From the NCBI GenBank assembly GCA_026390115.1, contig JAPLGO010000001.1:34978-98977 (forward strand): a stretch of DNA of 64,000 bases. Direction: 5' to 3'. Shown one piece after another: positions 56,481 to 64,000 of this stretch. The notes under the pieces were generated by a model that had not been told where the DNA came from, searched no databases, and saw only the letters and a program-made list of their open reading frames with translations. Each line of letters begins with the position of its first letter. Position 1 is the stretch's first letter. The position numbers and the translations under genes were made by a program. This stretch comes from Campylobacterales bacterium. Lineage in GTDB: Bacteria; Campylobacterota; Campylobacteria; Campylobacterales; Sulfurimonadaceae.

Positions 56481-57353
56481 CTATAATGTATTAAATCGCT
56501 CTTTATAGCTGCATTTTTTACACAACTCCTCAACAGCCCTACCATGTGCAAACCCTTCCACTATCGCCTTTGCCCTCGAAGTGCCAAGAATATTTTCAAG
56601 CGCTCTCTCATGCAGATTACCGAGATTCATCACGCCCTCGCCATCGAGACAACATGGCACAACCGTGCCGTCTGCAAGTATTCCGATATGAGACTTCAGA
56701 CCATAACATGGTGCGTCGCTCTCATGTTCGACCTTAAGCGAGGGCCACTCAAAATAGTTGTCAAAATTGAGGAGTACTTTTGGGGCAAGACGTAAGGATT
56801 TTATTTTATCTCTGTAAATCATCTGGGTATCTATTGTAAAATCAAAATAATTCTCCAACTTCTCAAACAAAAGAGTGTTGAACTCAGCCTCAGAAATTTT
56901 TTCATCGAGGTTCCAAACCCGTAGGTTTATAAATGGTTTCGGGTAACTCTGCAGTTTATTACCGCATGCCTTGAGAACACCGTGCATGTACTCATCAAAA
57001 GTAAGATTGAGAGAGTTCTTATTGTAGCTGTTGAGTGAGATATTGAGCTGCCGTACACTTCCATGAAACAGCACTTCCATCGGAGTTTTACTGAGGTAAT
57101 ACCCACTCGTCGTAAGTTCCACCTCAAAGCCGTATTTCCCTGCAAGCTCCAGATAATCAACCAAATTTGAGAGAGTCAAGGGGTCTCCCATCACATGCAA
57201 AGCGAGAGATTTTGTGTAGGGGCGAAGCTCTTTTAAAACATGTTCAAAAAAGACAAGCGGCATCGTTTTTGTCGGCATCACCTTCGGCGGGCAAAATGCA
57301 CATGCCAAACCGCAAATATTTGTTATCTCTACATGGACGCGGTAAAATTTCAC
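56481..57353 (-). CDS. Radical SAM / SPASM protein
   Basis: EITNICGLACAFC, HVMGDP, CYG...VPCCLD...CKKC. Confidence 0.85.
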   Translation of the reverse strand: MKFYRVHVEITNICGLACAFCPPKVMPTKTMPLVFFEHVLKELRPYTKSLALHVMGDPLTLSNLVDYLELAGKYGFEVELTTSGYYLSKTPMEVLFHGSVRQLNISLNSYNKNSLNLTFDEYMHGVLKACGNKLQSYPKPFINLRVWNLDEKISEAEFNTLLFEKLENYFDFTIDTQMIYRDKIKSLRLAPKVLLNFDNYFEWPSLKVEHESDAPCYGLKSHIGILADGTVVPCCLDGEGVMNLGNLHERALENILGTSRAKAIVEGFAHGRAVEELCKKCSYKERFNTL

Positions 57354-57358
57354 TCTGA

Positions 57359-58957
57359 CTATTTACCCGTTTTTTTAGGAATCCGAATAGTAAATACGGC
57401 TCCCTCATCATCATTCTCTACGCTAAGAGAACCATGCAACTGTTTATCTACAATAGATTTACTGATATACAAGCCCAGCCCTTTTCCGTTTAAGTCCTCT
57501 TTTGTACTAAAATAAGGCTCGCAAATTTTGCTTAGATACTCTTTTTTTATTCCACCTGCGTTATCAGAGATACTGGCTACCACCTCGCTCTCGCTCTCCT
57601 CTATGGCTATTGTAATTTTCGGATTGATAATCTTGCGTTCTATCAATATCTCTTTGGCATTGTTGATAATGTTCCAGCAAACCTGAAAGAACTCCTTTGA
57701 CATCAGCATTATTTCATCTTTATTTTCACACTTAATATCAACTTTTATGTTGTAATGTTTAAAGTTATTTTGCATTACGTCTAAAATTTCATTTACAATC
57801 TTGCATGGTCTTGTCAGAGTCTCAACCGAATCAGACTCAAAAAGATTACTGAATTCTGTGATTATTTTAGAGAGTGTTTGTATCTGGGTTGAAATCTTTT
57901 CCAGCGATTTTTTCATCTCATCTTTGTCATCCATTCCAAGCTCAAGGTTTATCAACAGATTATTGGAAATTACTCCAATAACGGTAATCGGCTGTCGCCA
58001 CTGATGAGAAATCATCTCCATTATCTCTCCCATAGCCTGGTAGCGTGATTGGGTCAATATCGCTTCATCTTTTTTTCGATTCTTTTCTACCTCATCCACC
58101 ACTCTGGATTCGAGAGTATCATTCACCTCTAGAAGTTCTTGTGTTCTTTGCGCCACTTTCACTTCAAGTTCTTTATTGAATGCAGCCATCGCACTTTGAT
58201 GTGTAAATATTCTTTGCATCACAAATGAAAGCAACGAAGCGATAATTAAGGCAGCTGTTAAAATAATCCATCGCATATTGTCGTTACTTTTTTTTACAAG
58301 AAGCATTCCTTCGTTGTATGCATCAATAGGCATAGTAACTCTGATTCCACCTTTAATGTCGCCTACTTTGTAGCCCTGTTCCTGATGACATGGCAAACAG
58401 CTCTCATCAACCTTCAAACTTCCCATAAAATTAAATTTATCTACAACATTACCGCTCTTTTGAAAATTCCAATAGTAGAGATCAGCTTTATTTTTTTCAA
58501 AATACTTCAGAGCCTCTTCTTCAAATGTATCCGGTTTATTTATCGGGTTGAGCGGTTTTAGAGATGTGATTTTGTAGAAATGGCTTGCATTTTTATTAGA
58601 TATCTCAGAAATCTGACGGGTCATCCAAGCCGGATTTATTCTAATAAGTGTCTCATTTTTATCGCTATGCATAACATTGTCTTTAAGATATATATTTGGC
58701 TTTATTCCATTCTGCTCTTTGACATAGACTGCACCAAAAGAGGCATTCCAACTCCTTGCTAAAACCATATTATCAAAATGGGCTATAGCTTTATGCAATA
58801 TATCTTGGGTAAGATAGTTCTCATGCGCCTGCTTGTTTTTTTCAAGTTCAAAGAGAAGAGCAACAACTACTAAAACAATAATTGAAAACATCAAGGAGAG
58901 TGAACCGTAAAGTCCAATATACCTACTGCTTTTTTCTGCTTTTTTAGTGCCCATCAT
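57359..58957 (-). CDS. Sensor histidine kinase with DUF3365-like haem c domain
   Basis: TM, SLKPLNP.N.PD.FE, CLPCH, GDIKGGI.V, TM, ISHQWRQP, SDNAGGI, GKGLGL. Confidence 0.88.
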   Translation of the reverse strand: MMGTKKAEKSSRYIGLYGSLSLMFSIIVLVVVALLFELEKNKQAHENYLTQDILHKAIAHFDNMVLARSWNASFGAVYVKEQNGIKPNIYLKDNVMHSDKNETLIRINPAWMTRQISEISNKNASHFYKITSLKPLNPINKPDTFEEEALKYFEKNKADLYYWNFQKSGNVVDKFNFMGSLKVDESCLPCHQEQGYKVGDIKGGIRVTMPIDAYNEGMLLVKKSNDNMRWIILTAALIIASLLSFVMQRIFTHQSAMAAFNKELEVKVAQRTQELLEVNDTLESRVVDEVEKNRKKDEAILTQSRYQAMGEIMEMISHQWRQPITVIGVISNNLLINLELGMDDKDEMKKSLEKISTQIQTLSKIITEFSNLFESDSVETLTRPCKIVNEILDVMQNNFKHYNIKVDIKCENKDEIMLMSKEFFQVCWNIINNAKEILIERKIINPKITIAIEESESEVVASISDNAGGIKKEYLSKICEPYFSTKEDLNGKGLGLYISKSIVDKQLHGSLSVENDDEGAVFTIRIPKKTGK

Positions 58958-59024
58958 TTACCTCGATACATTTATTATGTTATGCTACTATAAATTATAT
59001 TTCAAACTACATAAGAGGTCGAAA

Positions 59025-59378
59025 ATGTTTATACATAAAAAGATAGAAAATGTTGAGGCAATGCCTCAAAAAGCAGGAAAAGGTGTTGCCATGAAGATGC
59101 TTCTTTCACCGGAAGAGTCTCCAAACTTTGCTATGAGAAACTTCACAATCAAGTCTGGCGGTCACATGCCGCTTCACACAAATATTATAGAGCATGAACA
59201 GTTCGTCCTCGGCGGGCGCGCAAAAGTGACAATCGGCGATACTGTTTTCGAAGCGGTCGCGGGAGACATTCTGCTTATTCCTGCAAATGTTCCCCATTCC
59301 TATGAGACTCTGGGAGATGAAACTTACAGCTTTTTATGCCTTGTTCCAAACGCCCAAGACTGCATCACACTGATTTAA
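59025..59378 (+). CDS. Cupin domain protein
   Basis: MPLHTNIIEHEQFVLGG, IPANVPHSY; start moved to ATG 59025 behind GAGG. Confidence 0.85.
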   Translation: MFIHKKIENVEAMPQKAGKGVAMKMLLSPEESPNFAMRNFTIKSGGHMPLHTNIIEHEQFVLGGRAKVTIGDTVFEAVAGDILLIPANVPHSYETLGDETYSFLCLVPNAQDCITLI

Positions 59379-59391
59379 CACTCAAAATATA

Positions 59392-60576
59392 ATGGATTTG
59401 CACAAAACAGAGGAGCGGCTTTTAGCCCTTTCACCCTTCGTGAAAGAGGCTGAAGTGCTCATCCAAGATGGATTTCTACATGCCCTGCTCTACCCAAATT
59501 TCGAGGAACTCAAATCTGCCCACATCGTAAATATAGAGAGTCAGCTTCGTTGGTACTGCGTTGAGCTTTATAACATGGAAGCAAAAGAGAGCGAGAAAAT
59601 TAGAAACTACACTATCTCCAAATTCCCCCTGTCACAATATGAACCGCAATTGGCTGAAAAAGAACCCGATGATGCACTTTACAAAACGCTCAAATTTTTT
59701 TTGCATAGCATATGCAATTGTGAAGTTTTGCTCTCTTCACATATTGAACTTGACCTTGGGCTTGATTCGCTCGATTATGTCGAGCTTTTTGTTTTTGTAG
59801 AAAAGAGTTTCGGTGTCTTTATAGATGAAGTTATTTTCTCAAAGATTATGACTATGAGAGATTTGTACGGTTATATAAAAGTGCATCAAAAACATTTTAA
59901 CCCGACCAGAATGGATTGGATAGAGATGCTCAGCGAAGAGATGAATGAAGAACTTATCTCCTCCCCTTACATTATGTTTCTCTACAAAACTTTTCTCTTT
60001 CCGTTTTTTAAACTCTATTTCCGCCTTGAAGTGCGAGGGCTAGAGAATATTCCGACCTCTCCATGCATCATCGCCCCCACACATCAAAGCATGCTTGACG
60101 GTTTTTTGATAGAGGCGACTCTTCCCTATGCTACCCTGAAAAAGACCTTTTTCCTTGCCTACGAAGCCGTTTTTGGAACAAGATTTCTGCGCCCTATCTC
60201 CGACAACGGTCAAACACTTCTCATAGATGCAGACAATAATCTCATTCGCTCCATGAAACGGTGTGCATTGGTGTTAAAAGAGAGAAAAAATTTGGTCATT
60301 TTTCCGGAAGGGGCAAGAACTAGGGACAGACAACTGCTGAAATTCAGCCCATTTTTTGCTATGCTCAGCAAAACATACAATGTCCCAATCATACCCGTCG
60401 TAATAGATGGAAGTTTTGAAGCCCTCAGAGCAGGTAAACTTTTTCCAAGACCGGCAAAAATCAGAATCACTTTTTTGGAGCCAATCCATCCTCAAGATTT
60501 GAGTTTTGATGCGATAACAAAACTGACAAGAGAGGCAATTGAAAAGGAAATAGAGAGAAATAAAAGCTTACAATAA
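59392..60576 (+). CDS. Carrier-protein + PlsC-like acyltransferase with residual acyl-CoA-ligase tail
   Basis: DLGLDSLD (phosphopantetheine site), PTHQSMLD, IFPEGARTRD. Confidence 0.75.
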   Translation: MDLHKTEERLLALSPFVKEAEVLIQDGFLHALLYPNFEELKSAHIVNIESQLRWYCVELYNMEAKESEKIRNYTISKFPLSQYEPQLAEKEPDDALYKTLKFFLHSICNCEVLLSSHIELDLGLDSLDYVELFVFVEKSFGVFIDEVIFSKIMTMRDLYGYIKVHQKHFNPTRMDWIEMLSEEMNEELISSPYIMFLYKTFLFPFFKLYFRLEVRGLENIPTSPCIIAPTHQSMLDGFLIEATLPYATLKKTFFLAYEAVFGTRFLRPISDNGQTLLIDADNNLIRSMKRCALVLKERKNLVIFPEGARTRDRQLLKFSPFFAMLSKTYNVPIIPVVIDGSFEALRAGKLFPRPAKIRITFLEPIHPQDLSFDAITKLTREAIEKEIERNKSLQ

Positions 60577-61836
60577 AGCTTGTTTCACATCCTCTTTCAC
60601 TTTCTTCTCATCCACAAAAAAGAGCAGAATTCCGCCGATTAGAAAAAATATTGCCACAGAAGCGATTGCAACTCTTGAGTTTTTACTGAAAAGTGCTACA
60701 ACTGCGACCAAAAGCGGTCCTAAAATGGTGGCGAATTTACCTAAAAAGTTATAGAATCCAAAAAATTCAGCCGAGTGTTCTTGAGGAATCATCTTTGAGT
60801 AGTAGGAGCGGCTGAGTGCCTGAATACCGCCTTGCACACAGGCTATCATTATTGCCAATATGTAAAATTCATACACCTCACTCATTCTCGTTGCCCATAA
60901 AATTATAAACATGTAGATAAAAATAGAGAGAAAAATCGCCTTCTTTGTGTCCCATTTTTGAGCAAGTTTAGCAAAAAGAAGTGTTGCAGGAAAGCCTACG
61001 AACTGGACTAAAAGAAGTGACAAAATCAGACTATTCGTATCGAAGCCGAGCGCCATTCCATAATCGACCGCCATGCGGATTATGGTGTCAACACCGTCAA
61101 TGTAAAGCCAGTATGCCACTAAAAAAAGGAGTAATCCCTTGAGTGCTTTTATTTTTGAAAAAGTGTTTTTGAGTCTGAGATAGCCCTGCGCCAACAACGA
61201 ACTCTCTCTGTTTACATTCTCTCTCTTCTCCTCCACAAACAAAAAGAGAGGGGTTGAGAAGAGTGCCCACCACAAAGCCACGGAGATAAAAGAGGCTTTT
61301 ACCGCAGCAGCCTCACTCTCCAGACCAAAGAGCAATGGATTTTGGAGCATCAAAACATTTACACCAAACAAAATTCCGCCCCCAAGGTAGCCAAGAGCAA
61401 AGCCAAGCCCTGAGACAAAATCAACACTCCTCTCATCCGAAATAGAGGAGAGAAGCGCGTCATAAAAGGTGTTTGAGCCCATAAAACCGATGTTTCCAAG
61501 CACATAAACAAAAACCGCCGTCTGCCATGCACCCTCTCCCACGAGAGACAAAGCAGCACTCATCAGGATTCCCAAATAGGCAAAGAGAAACAGAAATCGT
61601 TTTTTAAGTGAGCCAGCATCAGCGATAGAGCCTAAAAGCGGCGCCAAAAGTACAACGATAAAACTTGAGATGGAGTTTGCAAAGCCAAGTTGTGCGGTAC
61701 TTACCGTTGCATCTACATTTGCACTGTAGTATGTTTTGAAAAAAAGAGGAAAGAAGCCAGCCATAACGGTAGTGGCATAGGTAGAATCCGCCCAATCATA
61801 AAGCGCCCAAGAGTAAATCTGTTTTTTATTTTCCAT
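60568..61836 (-). CDS. MFS transporter (UMF1/BtlA-like)
   Basis: WALYDWADS, APLLGSIAD, SRSYYSKMIP...EFFGFY; about 12 TMs. Confidence 0.85.
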   Translation of the reverse strand: MENKKQIYSWALYDWADSTYATTVMAGFFPLFFKTYYSANVDATVSTAQLGFANSISSFIVVLLAPLLGSIADAGSLKKRFLFLFAYLGILMSAALSLVGEGAWQTAVFVYVLGNIGFMGSNTFYDALLSSISDERSVDFVSGLGFALGYLGGGILFGVNVLMLQNPLLFGLESEAAAVKASFISVALWWALFSTPLFLFVEEKRENVNRESSLLAQGYLRLKNTFSKIKALKGLLLFLVAYWLYIDGVDTIIRMAVDYGMALGFDTNSLILSLLLVQFVGFPATLLFAKLAQKWDTKKAIFLSIFIYMFIILWATRMSEVYEFYILAIMIACVQGGIQALSRSYYSKMIPQEHSAEFFGFYNFLGKFATILGPLLVAVVALFSKNSRVAIASVAIFFLIGGILLFFVDEKKVKEDVKQALL

Positions 61837-61879
61837 CTTTTTACCGCCGTTTCATCAATAAGATATGATACAATAAATT

Positions 61880-62704
61880 ATGAAAATTTTAGAACTGCTT
61901 AACCGCAAAGGTCTTATCGGAGCACATCGCGGAGCGAGAGCTTTGCGTCCTGAAAATACACTCTCAGCACTACAAATGGCAGTTGGATGCTCTGATTTTA
62001 TAGAAGTGGATGTGCAGTTCAGCAGCGACAAGGTTGCTGTTATAATGCATGATGAAACGCTTGCCAGAACAACAAATATAAACGAAATTGAGAATTTTAA
62101 GTCACGCGCTCCCTACAGAGTTTATGATTTTAGTTATAAGGAGCTTTGCACGCTTGATTACGGAAACTGGTTTTACAAAAATGACCCCTTTCATCAAATA
62201 GCCGAGGACAAAGTAAATATAGATGCAATCAGAGACAAAAGGGAACCTCTTCTTACACTTCACGAAACGCTACAATTTGTAAAAAAGAACAACCTATTTA
62301 TAAATGTAGAGATAAAAGATGTACATGTCTCTTTAGGCGATGAGGAGGTTGTGAATATTGTTGCAAATGAAATAGAGAGTTTACAGGTGCAAGAGCATGT
62401 TCTGCTTACCTCTTTCAGACATGAATATCTCCCTCTATGCAAAGCAAAACTGCCAAATGTTGCAACTGCGGCTCTGGTGGCAAAAAAACATCCAAAAACT
62501 GATATAAACGAACTTATCGACTATTTAAAAAGTTTGCAAGCAGATGGTTACCATCTTAATGACGGGCTTGTTGAAAAAGAGTTAGTCAGTAAACTGCATG
62601 CCGCCGGTTTTTTTGTCAATGTCTATACGGTAAACAACCCTCTACGACAAAAAACTCTTTTTGCAATGGGAGTAAACGGAATTTTTAGCGACTTTTGCAA
62701 ATAA
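61880..62704 (+). CDS. Glycerophosphodiester phosphodiesterase
   Basis: GAHRG, PENTL, IEVDVQ, MHDETL.RTT, NVEIK, YTVN, GIFSD. Confidence 0.9.
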   Translation: MKILELLNRKGLIGAHRGARALRPENTLSALQMAVGCSDFIEVDVQFSSDKVAVIMHDETLARTTNINEIENFKSRAPYRVYDFSYKELCTLDYGNWFYKNDPFHQIAEDKVNIDAIRDKREPLLTLHETLQFVKKNNLFINVEIKDVHVSLGDEEVVNIVANEIESLQVQEHVLLTSFRHEYLPLCKAKLPNVATAALVAKKHPKTDINELIDYLKSLQADGYHLNDGLVEKELVSKLHAAGFFVNVYTVNNPLRQKTLFAMGVNGIFSDFCK

Positions 62705-62786
62705 CATATTTAAAAAAAATATGATATGACACATTTTTATTATAGAATACTGCGCTATATTAATAATAAGGTTCAATTTAAAATTT

Positions 62787-64000
62787 ATGAAAAAAACTTT
62801 TTCAGTACAGATACTATTACAAATATTATTCATACTTTTTTTAAATATACCCTCTGTTCGCGCTGATTCCATAATAAAAAATCAAGATTTTATTCAAACA
62901 CTTACAGAACAGGAACGGGCATGGCTGTTGTCTCATCCGGTTTTCATCATGGGGATTGACAGGGATTTTCAGCCTTACGAATGGATTGATTCACATGGTA
63001 ATTATGTTGGATTGACCGCGGATTACATGGCTCTCGTTCAAGAGTACCTTGGTGTAAAAATTGAGATACTCAAAGATAAATCCTGGGCTCAAACTCTGGA
63101 AATGGCAAAACTTGGTGAAATTGACATCATTTCCGATGCCGTTCAAACACCGGAACGTGAAAAATACTTAAATTTTACCAAACCTTTTATCTCTACGCCA
63201 ATTGTTATCGTTGATAGTGGGCAACATGGGTATCTTGATACCATAGAGCGGCTCAAAGGAAAAAAGATTGCCGTAGAAAAAGGTTATTTTATTTCGGAGT
63301 TGCTCTCAAAAGATTATCCGGACATCAGTCAATTGGTCGTCGGAAATGTTCATGAAGCACTGAGGGCTGTTTTGGATGGCAATGCTGATGCTTATTTAGG
63401 GGATGCAGGCCTAATAAGCCACTCTATAGAATCTTCGGGTATGCTTTCATTACGTGTTTCCGGCCAAACAAACTATGTAAGTCACCACAGCATAGCGACC
63501 ACAAAACAGCACCCTGAACTTGTTTCAATTCTCAATAAGGCGCTTGAAGCAATTCCGCAGAGCAAAAAAAAAGAAATCACTAACAGTTGGTTTAGCTTTA
63601 AGATTAACAACGGTATTGAGCGTGAAACAGTTTTAAAATACGGTTTATTTATGGTTGCTCTCATCCTTATTATTCTCTATTGGAACAGGCGATTGATTAA
63701 AGAGATAAAGAGAAGTAAAAAACTAGAAACATCCCTTCAAGAGGAGCGCAACCGCTTTGCTTTAGCAATTGAAGGTACTCAAGACGGCTTATGGGATTGG
63801 AACTTGCAAACAGATGATTTCCTCTTATCTGAACGCTTTGAAACAATGTTGGGATATACTAAAGGTGAATTATCCAAAAATATTGAGACATGGCTTAAGT
63901 TATTGCACCCCGACGATAAAGAACAAGCCTTAAAAATTGTTCAGGAGTATATAGACACAAAGGGTAAAGGAACTTACGAAAACCATTTCCGTTTACGGGC
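62787..64000 (+). CDS. Solute-binding-domain + PAS sensor protein, runs off the window end (not in the ORF track)
   Basis: ATG 62787 MKKTFSVQILLQ...; LTEQERAWL, GIDRDFQPYEW, TM, then IEGTQDGLWDWNL...LGY...LHPDD (PAS); no stop seen before 64000. Confidence 0.8.
   Translation, partial: MKKTFSVQILLQILFILFLNIPSVRADSIIKNQDFIQTLTEQERAWLLSHPVFIMGIDRDFQPYEWIDSHGNYVGLTADYMALVQEYLGVKIEILKDKSWAQTLEMAKLGEIDIISDAVQTPEREKYLNFTKPFISTPIVIVDSGQHGYLDTIERLKGKKIAVEKGYFISELLSKDYPDISQLVVGNVHEALRAVLDGNADAYLGDAGLISHSIESSGMLSLRVSGQTNYVSHHSIATTKQHPELVSILNKALEAIPQSKKKEITNSWFSFKINNGIERETVLKYGLFMVALILIILYWNRRLIKEIKRSKKLETSLQEERNRFALAIEGTQDGLWDWNLQTDDFLLSERFETMLGYTKGELSKNIETWLKLLHPDDKEQALKIVQEYIDTKGKGTYENHFRLR

Noticed and set aside
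495-63664. The many 60-130 aa ORFs overlapping larger genes
   Set aside because: They lie antisense or out of frame within well-supported genes and have no motifs; some are open only because of antisense codon bias.
1-64000. tRNA, rRNA, transposase, integrase or prophage genes
   Set aside because: None recognised; intergenic gaps are short and showed no cloverleaf or rRNA-like sequence by eye.

Overview
AT-rich Campylobacterota chromosomal window, probably Sulfurimonas-like (inferred from gene content, short flagellins with sigma28/sigma54 promoters, and fqrB/maf-type genes). 1-20 kb is a flagellin O-glycosylation island: neuB, a neuC-deacetylase fusion, a second neuC, neuA, a CBS-nucleotidyltransferase, two maf genes, wbqC, a methyltransferase, two radical SAM genes and three tandem 272-codon flagellins, one frameshifted. 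Embedded in it is a three-gene cassette: group 1a-like [NiFe]-hydrogenase large subunit, Tat-exported small subunit, and a chemoreceptor with two periplasmic CXXCH motifs. This is the best candidate for an undescribed system, a putative H2-sensing chemotaxis module. 20-39 kb is mostly housekeeping (topA, bioB, fqrB-like, frameshifted msrA, panE, asnB, SQR-like flavoprotein). 39-54 kb holds an 11-mer repeat secreted protein, a cobalamin uptake/late-synthesis region (btuBFDC-like, cbiA, cobD, cobQ, cbiB) and a Cyc2-like cytochrome-porin. 54-64 kb holds signalling genes (a split diguanylate cyclase, a haem-c histidine kinase, a partial PAS sensor). I recognised no rRNA, tRNA, transposase or CRISPR array. 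All family calls come from motif recognition by eye; no database search was run.
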